Part shown: piece after piece, positions 10,696-20,370 of the stretch
Layout: the number at the start of each line of letters is the position of its first letter
How positions within the stretch are numbered: position 1 is the stretch's first letter
NCBI GenBank assembly: GCA_047495785.1
Contig: JBLDXI010000003.1
Coordinates: forward strand, 1,612,001 to 1,676,000
Direction: 5' to 3'
Length of the DNA stretch: 64,000 bases
Source of the DNA: Lepidodermella squamata
Lineage: Eukaryota > Animalia > Gastrotricha
Position numbers and translations under genes: made by a program
The notes under the pieces: generated by a model
Seen by the model: the letters and a program-made list of their open reading frames with translations, nothing else
The model's database searches: none
Told to the model about the DNA's origin: nothing

Positions 10696-11949
10696 ATGTC
10701 TATAACTAACAGAGCTAAGATAATGCGAATGTTCATAGTCATGCTTATCGCAACTGAATGCAGTTATTCGGAATCGAAGACAAACTATCTCAATCTTGGG
10801 TTTAGCGGGAAATACTGGTTTCGAACCTGATGATGGCCGAGCCTGCGTAGCTGCGATGCAATTTGTCATTGATTTCGCGAATAACAGGTTCGCGAATAAT
10901 CTTGCCGAATTACCACATCCAATTGCAAATGAGAAGATAAAGCTGGCGACTCGAATTTGGCGACTCGCCATCTCGTGAATTACGCTCGATCGTTTGAAGT
11001 TGAATCTGCAGTGTTTCAATCACCCCTCACGTTAGGGCCAACTTCTTCCGTTGAATGCATTCCTTACGCTTCGGCCTCAACATGGTGTCACTCACAGTTG
11101 GCTGCTCTTCCCCGGTTTTAGAGGTGAATCGTGAATTCTACCCGAACCTTTATCGCTTGAATAATCCAGGGAATGTAATGGCCATGTCATGGGTCTACTT
11201 TTTCAGATACAGTCAAGGTTGGTCAAACACTGGTATCATCACTTGACTTCCAACTCGCTAAAACCTTTTACGAGAGCAGCCTATTGAATGGGATAAAAAT
11301 TCATTGGTTCGATGCCTTCGACAACGAGGTTAGTGGCGATATGATGATCTCACTGAAGAAAAGCAACGTCCGAGTTGTTGTAGTCTCATTGGGCCGTTGG
11401 TTTAGCAATGTCGAGTTCCTTTGTGCTGCTTACAGGTTCGGAATTACTGGGCCCAAGTACGTGTTTGTAACGTATTCCCCCGCTTATCGAGACCCACTCG
11501 CACTTCCATCAGTAATTAATGCCAAGACTAGCTGCACCCGAGCGCTGATTATGGAGCAGACTAAGTACTCTGTTTACGTAGGCTTTTCTACCGATATTGT
11601 GCCGAGTTCAACCAAAACTGAAGAGCCGGCTTTTACTTCGAAATTCGACACGATTTGGATGGGCCTTCTCGCAGGGATCCATGCAATAGTTCTTCTTTCC
11701 TGCGTTCTAATTGCTTATTCGCTTAGGTCTGTAAGCAAGATCATTGCCGCCTCAAAAGAACTATCGGATCTCGATCCGCTGAGAAGAGCTGCTGCGATAA
11801 CAGTGACTTCGTTCTTCGCAGCGATTTCAATTCTCTTTGGAATAGGTAATCACCCAACTTCACAAAATGTGGCGGTGTCCATTGACCTAATTTTCCACAC
11901 GACTGGCATATTTTACGCCATTTATTCGCAGAATCTCAAATGTGAATAG
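10696..11949 (+). pseudogene. Frameshifted, internally deleted GPCR paralog 4
   Basis: Fragments in different frames (TISILGLAGNTGFEP; MVSLTVGCSSP...YPNLYRLNNPG; FLCAAYRFGITGPKYVF). At about 11619/11620 the VFT (DIVPSSTKT) is fused straight to ECL2/TM5 (EEPAFTSKF), a loss of ~1.05 kb relative to paralog 2. Confidence 0.85.
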
Positions 11950-12048
11950 GTGGGGTCTTCATGCAGAACAATAATATGATCGTCGTGTTAGCATTCGTTT
12001 CGATGAAAAGGGACTAGTAAAAAGAATATCTAAGATATAAGAATCTCA

Positions 12049-12453
12049 TTAGTTTTTGACACATAGAAGAGAAACTATTGGCACTGCACGGTAAGATGGG
12101 CCTCCAAACTGGTTGTAACAAAGTTCTAGGAGGCGGCGTTGACGTTCTTGTCGGATAATTGTAGCTAAATTAGTCATATCGCCTTCTTCGGTGCGCAAAA
12201 TCATCTTTGCAATCATATTTTCTGAAAAATATTAGTAACATATTTAGTATTTCATACTGATTTCAGTATTTCAAAACTTACTCAATTTCAATAGCCGATC
12301 TTGCTTTGGATCATTTTGCATTTCAGCATTCGAATTAGCTTTTTCAGAATTTATGATGCCAAGGTCATTTATCGGGACGGACAAGACAATGTCAGCTGAT
12401 AGACACACGAGAAACGCAAGAATGAGGTGTTCACTCTTGTATTCAAATTTCAT
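12049..12453 (-). CDS. Secreted prepropeptide, 114 aa, two exons (12453-12282, 12221-12049)
   Basis: 60-nt intron 12281-12222 (GTAAGT...TTTTCAG), phase 1, joins in frame. Protein: signal peptide MKFEYKSEHLILAFLVCLSADIVLS, pro-region, then RQERQRR followed by LLELCYNQFGGPSYRAVPIVSLLCVKN-stop. Confidence 0.72.
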
Positions 12454-12519
12454 TTGAGTATTTGATTCTAAAGATGGCCAAGTATTTAAGAAATTCTGTT
12501 GAAAAAAAGAGAGAGCGGC

Positions 12520-12527
12520 TATTTATA
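12520..12527 (-). promoter_or_regulatory. TATA box candidate for the prepropeptide gene
   Basis: TATAAATA on the minus strand, about 70 nt upstream of the ATG at 12453. Confidence 0.45.
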
Positions 12528-13288
12528 TTGTAAACAGGAAATTTGATGCGACCACGCAAATCGAAATCGAATTTACGCATCAGTGACTGGTGAGCTCTAT
12601 TTGGAGTAAAGCATAAAATAACTGTATTGAGATATCTATACCAAGGGCTCATGTCTCATCAATAATCATAAATTCTTGCGACTGGAAATTTCCAGTTTGG
12701 TGTGTAGGACTGCAATGTGATTACGAGCACAGTGCGTTTTTTCTTATTTTGAAGCTAGCCCACGCCTCGTGCGGTCACAAATTGCTGCCACGTGAGAATG
12801 CTTCCAGATCGCAATGGCTAGTCTGAAACCGAGAGAAATACGCCACCGGAAGATGCGGCTGAATTGTGGAATTTACTTTGCATTTTCCGATTTCTAGTCG
12901 AGAAGGATTGCTGGCTGGAAGATTGAGACTTGGGCTGTTACGATAGATGGCTGTGGCATATTCAACCCAGCATTTCCTTGATATGTGTGAATGTCCAGTT
13001 GCGCGCACGCCTTTTCCTTTTGGATCTCCATGTTGGTGGTCTGCTGCTGCTATGTCGAAAAATGCATTTTCGGACTCGGCGGAAGTGATTCGGACAAATT
13101 TGATGTCAAAATAATACCCGTCTTTCAGTGTCCAAGACCAAATTGAAATTGTCTTTTTTCTGATTTCTGATCATGCAATATCTGGTGCTATTGCTTTTTC
13201 ATTTCATACAGCCTATTTGTTATTTGACTGTTCGGACAGGTTTTTTTGCGAGCTTTTTATTTAAAAATATGAAAGCATGAAAAAATGA

Positions 13289-13360
13289 AGGTCCCATCGA
13301 GAATCGAACTCGAGTCGCTGGATTCAGAGTCCAGAGTGCTAACCGCTACACCATGGAACC
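13289..13360 (-). tRNA. tRNA-Gln (anticodon CTG)
   Basis: GGTTCCATGGTGTAGCGGTTAGCACTCTGGACTCTGAATCCAGCGACTCGAGTTCGATTCTCGATGGGACCT; full cloverleaf, followed by an oligo-T Pol III terminator. Confidence 0.96.
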
Positions 13361-13570
13361 TGTGATAGGATTGAGGTTACTAGTTCAATCCCTATAGCTG
13401 TGGCTATGCAATTCAAGCTTCACAACAACAGGCCGTGACTTCATAGCCTTGTTATCTCCACATCTCCGTTTTCACACCAGAAGCATGTGTTGATGAGTAT
13501 GCTCAATGGCCTGTTGTCATTAACAAAGTTAGCCTATTATGCCTTAAAGCCGGCCTCATCTCCAAGCTAG

Positions 13571-13641
13571 GCATCGGTGGTTCAGTGGTAGAATTCTCGC
13601 CTGCCACGCGGGAGGCCCGGGTTCGATTCCCGGCCGATGCA
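13571..13641 (+). tRNA. tRNA-Gly (anticodon GCC)
   Basis: GCATCGGTGGTTCAGTGGTAGAATTCTCGCCTGCCACGCGGGAGGCCCGGGTTCGATTCCCGGCCGATGCA; canonical metazoan tRNA-Gly, TTTT downstream. Confidence 0.97.
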
Positions 13642-13705
13642 AGCTATGATTTTATCTCAAAAATGCTATATTTTTCAAATTTTAATTTCAAAAAGGAGCA
13701 TCGAT

Positions 13706-13777
13706 AGGCCCAGGCGGGAATTGAACCCGCGATCTTCTGTTTACGAGACAGACGCTCTACCACTAAGCTACTGAGCC
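13706..13777 (-). tRNA. tRNA-Thr (anticodon CGT)
   Basis: GGCTCAGTAGCTTAGTGGTAGAGCGTCTGTCTCGTAAACAGAAGATCGCGGGTTCAATTCCCGCCTGGGCCT; anticodon stem TCTGT/ACAGA, oligo-T downstream. Confidence 0.94.
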
Positions 13778-13865
13778 TCAGATATTAATTAGATTTTAAT
13801 TATGCACGTGTTTCAAATACAAAACATCTACACAACAACGAACTGCCTTTATTGCAACAACGTAA

Positions 13866-16208
13866 CTAGTCGTTTCTTACAAACCAAGTTGGCGTAAGTG
13901 TGCATGCGAGAATAATAGGCGTGATGCTTAGCGTTATCTCTTGGTTCACCTGGCTTGTAAAAATTATCAGCAACAGAAAAGTCAAGACCAGGAACATCGC
14001 TGAATTCACAAGACCAGCTGTTAGTTGACCCAAGTCTTTGAAAACTCGCTGAGCACCTCGAGACCTCAATCCAATAATTTTGAAGATTGCAAAGGCCAAC
14101 GTCAGCAGATGAAACCCGGCTAAGGAGAACTGCCAAGCACTTTGGTAGCGAGATCGACATCCAGAAACTTCAACAGTCGTGTATGCATCTCCGATTTGAT
14201 CATAAACCGGCGGTTTCAAATCAACTGAACAGCGCAAAGGATCAGCCAACATCCAGATAACGAAAACTAAAACGTTTATGCTGATAAAACTCCCTGTAAA
14301 TATCGCTGCTTTCGTCTTTTCATTCCGCCGATGTAGCACTAGGTTTCGAGATTTGATACTCTGAACTGGAGTCTTTGCCGGCCTAACCCCACTATCAGCT
14401 GAGGGTTGAGATTGATTAAAATTGCTACCATTGGTCCGGGACCTTGTAACTCTTTTGCTGGAATTTCTGGAGGAAGTTCTTTGGCTCGAGTAGCTGCCTC
14501 TATAGGCATTAATTTTGCCGATTAGCACACCATTTACCATCGAAACCCCGAGAACTAAGAAGCAAATTCTTGCTGTCCATAGATGATAGTTATCAGCCAT
14601 TACATTCTCTTTGCTAATGCTGAATAGGATAGACGTAATTGAAAGGGAAATCGAACCCAAAATGCCAAAAATCTTGATATCTTTGACTTTTCGATTTGAT
14701 TTTGTAAACTGTCGAGCCAGAAGCGCAAGCTGAGCACCAATAACCAACGAGCCAAGAGGGGCAATGACATACAAGAATTCCTGTGGTATTTTCTCCACTA
14801 ATCTCCTAACAATCCGACCGTCTCTAGGCGGGTTCCCATTTGATGGTCTCCAAGGGATCGGCAGCAACTGCTTCAATTCGTAAGATGAGATTCGCTCATC
14901 AGTTGACGGTCCAAGTTTGACGACTCCAAAGTTTTCAATGGGACCAAGTTTCCATTCCCCTAATGCAACTATGTCTCCAACATACTGGCCTCTTGTGTCG
15001 TAGGTGATTCTCCCAGTTCTCAAACCAGTGATATTGAGGTCAGTTGAGGCTTTTTGCAGGTACTTCATGACAGCTAGCGGTTGAGTTTCGAAATGTCTCA
15101 GGGACAAGTTTGCTTTACTTTGCTTCATAAGATTTTCCGCGTTTTCTAGAGCCATCAAAGCTAGAAGGGTAGCATCATGGCATTGAAACCTAAAAGGGTA
15201 GTCTGGGCCCCTTGAGAAGTTAGACAGCTTGTCGTACGTAGCTTCAAAATATTGAAGCGAATAGCCCAGCTCCGACTTCGAACTAGGATCGTTCGGAACT
15301 TGCGCAGTCCCTTGGACAATTACAGATCTGTATTGCTCAAGCAATATCTCTTTGGTGCAACCTGGGAAAATTTCTTTCGGGATCGCAGAGGCTTCTGTCA
15401 TGACGTCATTGGCCGCGAAGAAGATGTATCGACTCCCTGTGATACCCATATGGTAGCAGGCGCAGAAAAATCTGCGGGATAGGTCCAAATTAGCCATGGA
15501 CATGATGATAATTCTCGCATCACTTTCCTTCAGCGAAACGATCGGAGCCAAATCGTCGAGATCGATTAACGCGTGGTACCACGCGACTGTAAAGTTGTTT
15601 TGAAGAGCATAGCCAAATGCGTAGTAGCCAACGTCGTAGTCGTTCACGTTTCCGAGATTCACGATAAAAGCCACGCGGTTCCACTTCCCGTGGCGTTGGG
15701 CAAAGCTGAGTATCGATCGATGAATCATGTGAGTTACGGCCTTCGCGAGATAAATGTTCGGGTAGACTCTTCGGTCCATGAAAAATCTCGACCCGCAGGA
15801 GATTGAATAGGCAATCATCCCTAGATGTTGTAAGGCCGCGCCTAAACTTTTACAGCCATTGGTGTAATACCCAGCAACAATCGCTGGGGATAGGAAAGTA
15901 TTTGCTGGAATCAAACCGTTCCGTTTTTTGTCTTCGAAATCGTTGAGAAATGCGATTGTGTTTGCAGCAGCACGGTTTCCTGATGTAAACTCATCGCCTG
16001 GGACAAGTTCAATCCGATATTCTGGGAGAAAATCGTTCATCGAGTTTGCGTAATCGACGGCGACTTGAGAAGCTTTGGTGCACTCGAAAGCTGTTCTAGG
16101 TGCGTTGCCTGTCATAGGCATTAGCTGGAACATTCTCAGAGTATAAGGTTTTTCCGCTGAAATTTTTTGAAAAATCGCGAATAAAACGATTACAAGCTCC
16201 CGATACAT
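13866..16208 (-). CDS. Class C GPCR, GABA-B-receptor-like, divergent paralog 5 (780 aa, intronless)
   Basis: Signal peptide from ATG 16208; FLPEYRIEL, DRRVYPNIY, WNRVAFI, DARIII, FFCACYHMGITGSRYIFF; stalk IPW...NPPRDG; seven TM segments; long Ser/Arg-rich ICL2. Confidence 0.9.
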   Translation of the reverse strand: MYRELVIVLFAIFQKISAEKPYTLRMFQLMPMTGNAPRTAFECTKASQVAVDYANSMNDFLPEYRIELVPGDEFTSGNRAAANTIAFLNDFEDKKRNGLIPANTFLSPAIVAGYYTNGCKSLGAALQHLGMIAYSISCGSRFFMDRRVYPNIYLAKAVTHMIHRSILSFAQRHGKWNRVAFIVNLGNVNDYDVGYYAFGYALQNNFTVAWYHALIDLDDLAPIVSLKESDARIIIMSMANLDLSRRFFCACYHMGITGSRYIFFAANDVMTEASAIPKEIFPGCTKEILLEQYRSVIVQGTAQVPNDPSSKSELGYSLQYFEATYDKLSNFSRGPDYPFRFQCHDATLLALMALENAENLMKQSKANLSLRHFETQPLAVMKYLQKASTDLNITGLRTGRITYDTRGQYVGDIVALGEWKLGPIENFGVVKLGPSTDERISSYELKQLLPIPWRPSNGNPPRDGRIVRRLVEKIPQEFLYVIAPLGSLVIGAQLALLARQFTKSNRKVKDIKIFGILGSISLSITSILFSISKENVMADNYHLWTARICFLVLGVSMVNGVLIGKINAYRGSYSSQRTSSRNSSKRVTRSRTNGSNFNQSQPSADSGVRPAKTPVQSIKSRNLVLHRRNEKTKAAIFTGSFISINVLVFVIWMLADPLRCSVDLKPPVYDQIGDAYTTVEVSGCRSRYQSAWQFSLAGFHLLTLAFAIFKIIGLRSRGAQRVFKDLGQLTAGLVNSAMFLVLTFLLLIIFTSQVNQEITLSITPIILACTLTPTWFVRND

Positions 16209-16692
16209 CACAGCTCTTCAACTTAGAGATTAAAAACGAAACGAAATTCTGGTTTGGCTTGCTATTGAATAACAGATTGAAAAGTTATGCGTGAATGTTG
16301 TTCGCACAGGATGCTTTCAGATCATGTCATAAGAAAGCTGTACGCGGCACGCGCTATTTGAAACCATTTGACCCTTGATCACAAGGATAACTACTTGATA
16401 AAACAGACATTTTTTGTTTTATTGAGCTGTCTGAGTTGTTTCACGGACCCTTTTAGGATTGAAATCCAAAAATTTCCTGTCATTTTGTCAACAGCCATTT
16501 GCTTATGGATTACATCATGAATTACTGCGATTCTCTATATCGTCGCCACCCGTTTGATGTTTGAAAAGAGGTCTACATCCACCCACACGCACTGGCGTAT
16601 TCGAAATGAGCCTCACAAGCGTTTGATATGTTAGATTCCATAATCGACTGAAACGAACAGCGACAATGCTGAGATTTATTTGAGAGGATTGT

Positions 16693-18845
16693 TTAGGGAC
16701 TGCTGGTTGTTCGGGCTGTGGTCACACCGCTCGCAGGTAGAATTGTCTCCGCGACAGTTGTTTCAGGTTTCCTTCCTTTACCTACCGTACTTAGGATTGC
16801 AGTAATTGCTTTGCTCATTAACCTATAATTGTGTATCGCAGATGACGTTACAAGCGCCATTTTAACAGTAGTCTTTGCTTGTGCAATGGTTGTAATATTT
16901 TTCATATCCGTTGTGTCCTGTGTGGCTTTAATTGTCGTTACATTGACGGCGTGGTTGAGATCTTCAGTACTCCGATTTGTGGTCGCCGTGGTAACTACTT
17001 CAGTGACGATTTTTGCTGCAGCCGTTGCTGTTTTGTTCATTTCAGCTTTCTCAACTGTGGCTACCGAAGGTTTAAATGTCTTAATTGCCTTTATTGTAGC
17101 AGCTTTCGTTGCTGAGCCATTGCTTTGCAAAATTGAAACATTCTTGTTTTTTAGTATGCAATCAACTACCTTCTTACTTTTCTAGACGGAGTATATTTGT
17201 GGTTAATGCGGTAACTGCTACAGTGACAATTTTCGCTGCAGCCGTGGCTGTTTTCTTCATTTCAGCTTTCAAAACTGTGGCTGCCTCAGATGTCATTCTT
17301 GTAGCGGCTGCCGTAGTTGAGGCATTGCTTTGCAAAATGGAAATATTTTTGTTTCTTAATCATCGCAATGAAAAACGTACTTTTCTAGACTGAGTAAAAT
17401 CTTTCGGTTCCATTTATGAGGGCAGCGGTCCAGGTACCTCAACCGTTCCTGGTGAGCAGCTAGCAGCGCAGTTTTGTTCCACAGGAACTTGTAGCCCTCG
17501 AACGTCCACTCCAATTCATTGAGCGTGTCGTAGCGACTAACATTTCTCGCGCAAAATCGCGGTCTATCCACGTCGCCTTCGTGTATGGACGCGCAAACAC
17601 CAACTTTAAGTTTAGCACCAATCGCATCCTTTTGGCCTTTGAATTTTTCATAATTCCAATGAACAGACAACGAAGGCCGTTGGCGGTCGAAGTATAACTG
17701 ATGCAGACCAGCCTCGGTACGATTTTTCACCTGACCATCTGGGACTGTGCCATTCCAATCAGGCTCCCGCTCCCGAATCGTCCAGTAGTACTCATCGTGT
17801 TTGTAATACCATAAATAGGCACACATCATATTGAATTGAGCATAATTGCGTCTTGTGGCAATATGCGCGAACGCTTCGTCAAAAGTTGTTTTGTTCAGGC
17901 TTATTCGAATATGCTCACGAATCAGTGCGAGATGCGCAGTTTTGATAATGACGGGGAACGATGCCATGCAATTCATCGGTTCTGTTTTGAGAGAAACATT
18001 TCTTTATATCGAAGATTTAGGGGATTCTTAATATACCAAGCTGTCCAATCACTTCATGGGTAAGTTTAGCGACTTTTGGCCAAAATTTTGGGTCGTAAGG
18101 CTTGCCGAAAAGCCCTCGAATGATCGGCTTGTCCCCGACGAACAAATCGTATTTATGAACTCGAGTTATGAACACCGCATCGCTGTCAAGGAAGCCGACG
18201 TATTCAGATGTCGTAAAATTGTCTGCCCAGAACATGATCCATTGCTGACGGTCCCAGCCCCGTTTGAACTTCGTGGTCGGAAAGTTGTAACCCACTCGAA
18301 GTTGAGTTTCTTCGGCTATTGTTACCCCGGGGTTGACTTCAATCCCACGCAATTTGTTTGCGAAAACCCCAACGTCTTTCGCCTCTCCATCTGTAATGAT
18401 TTGTAGTTTTAGACTGTCAATAGGCCAAAATAGTAGGAGGGATGGCATGATGTAGCGGCGAATTTCGTTGAGACCCGCATCATTAGGAGGAACTGGCAGT
18501 AATAGCTCAAGATCGATACCCCATTTATAGAAATCCTGGCATTGATCGAATGCCGAGTCATTGACTTCCGCGAATTTAGGTGATATAAAAAGAGCATAAC
18601 TCAAACTCTGATCTGAACAAAAAAGGTTGCCGCTTATTAGCTACGATAATGATGTAAATACCGTTTGTAATTGCATGTAATAGTCCTATATTTCGTGACT
18701 TGTTGTTGTTGTGGTTGTTGTTGTTGCTTTTGAATTTTTTGGTCTTTGGTAAACCTTGTTGCTTCCAACGCGATTGTAAGACGATATTTACAACAAGGAA
18801 GGTAATTATAACTGCCACGATGAGCAACTTCCTGTTCAATAGCAT
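16693..18845 (-). CDS. Glycosyltransferase-like (DxD, probable GT-A fold) type II membrane protein, copy 1, with Thr/Ala-rich mucin-like tail
   Basis: Exons 18845-18662, 18612-18037, 17981-17381, 17327-17178, 17122-16693. Four 49-55 nt GT-AG introns, all frame-consistent. N-terminal signal anchor; core GWDRQQWIMFWADNFTTSEYVGFLDSDAVF. Confidence 0.72.
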
Positions 18846-19486
18846 TCGCACATATACTATTTACCTAAAAAAATTGACAAACTGACAAATAATTGAGTAA
18901 TATTTATATGGCCTCACGCTTTGCCACACTTGGCGTAAACAGATTACAGTTTCGCGCTTTGCGATGCGATAAAATTACACTGGTTCGTATATCACGTTAT
19001 AATGTGCCTTTTACGCCTCTTTCAGCTAATTCTTATCAGCAAATCTGCGCAGTTTTCCTCGAAATTACCAAGCCATTTCCAAGAATTCCGTGTTCATCGC
19101 TAAGGTTTCCATGGCTGCAAGTCAGTTTCGGCTTTGGTACACCGCCATTGTGCCGCGCAGCATAGCTACGGCAGTTGTAAACGTGAGACTATTTTCTGCC
19201 AGCATACATCTTATTATTATCAACATATTGACATAATAGAGGCTTTTTGTAAGGATCTGCCGGCTGGCATCACGCTTCGCACTAACTAGCTTGTGATAAT
19301 CATGTGATAATCAATTCGGCAGTGCCATGTTCGCATTATTTATATCTCTATGATATTTAAGGCCATGAATGGCAGATCCTCAATGTTCGATTCATTCACA
19401 ATATACAATATAGTATACAGTAGTACCTGGCCAAGTCTTGACGTTTCCCTGTCACTTTTACACTGGCTTCTAATTGTCGTTTTTTA

Positions 19487-20000
19487 CCGCGCGTTAGCGT
19501 TTCGGTATAAGTCTCCATTTGACGGTAAGTATTTTACCGCAGCACGCAAACCAGGTTACTTAATAATGCTCGTGCGGTAAAACTAACGGCGCCGCGTAAG
19601 TTAATTTTTACCGCACGCGGCGTTATTTTTACCGCAGAAGCACTTGCGGCCCAAGCTTGTGGCTTGCGGCTCGCAGCAATGCGCTACAGCGGTTGCGTAA
19701 CACGCTGTATTGTAAGTACGCGAGCGGCTGCGCGCGCACACCATCATATAACCTGAGCGCAGTTCCAACTCCATTTCTATTCATCCATAACTAGCAATAT
19801 GATTGTAATTCCTACTGTTCCTACAAGATAATATGAGCTGAAATTACCGCGGAGAAATTAATTTTACCGCACGCGAGTATTTTACGCTTTAGTGTAGCAG
19901 TGTAGTGCCGTTTACGGTAAACTATTTACCGCAACTAGAGAACAATGACGAGATGGAGTTACCGTCAAATGAAGAGTTATACCGAAACGCTAACGCGCGG
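19487..20000. mobile_element. MITE-like element with ~42-bp terminal inverted repeats
   Basis: ccgcgcgttagcgtttcggtataa...catttgacggtaa at the left is mirrored by ttaccgtcaaatg...ttataccgaaacgctaacgcgcgg at the right; internal ttttaccgc subrepeats; no ORF. Confidence 0.7.
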
Positions 20001-20065
20001 ATCTTTCCGCTCTGTGTCGAATGGGTTGGGTAATTTGGTAGTATACTAGACTACGGCAGATCGGG

Positions 20066-20370
20066 TGTGACTTTTTTCATCCGACCAATGTCTTATTTCT
20101 TATTCCATCCGACAACAAGAAATGTGACTAAAATCATCCGACATGAAAATAGCAATTTTCTCGATTTTCCCGAGTTCGATTTTTCCGTAGGGGCATACCT
20201 ATTTCATGCATCCTGAACCGGTTGAATTTTATGGTGAAAGATTTATGGCGATCCGAGTTGTCACTATTTTACTGTAATTTTGTGAACATATGAGAAAGAA
20301 AGTCGCCAGGTTTTAGTCGCATTTTTGCTTGTCGGATGAAATAAGACACTGGTCGGATAAAAAAAGACAT
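20066..20370. mobile_element. MITE-like element with ~65-bp imperfect inverted ends
   Basis: Left atccgaccaatgtcttattt...atccgacaa...tgtgactaaaa versus right ttttagtcgc...ttgtcggatgaaataagacactggtcggat. Confidence 0.6.

Noticed and set aside
16829-17393. Hydrophobic + strand ORFs resembling multi-pass membrane proteins
   Set aside because: They are the antisense reading of the Thr/Ala-rich tail exons of GT-like copy 1.
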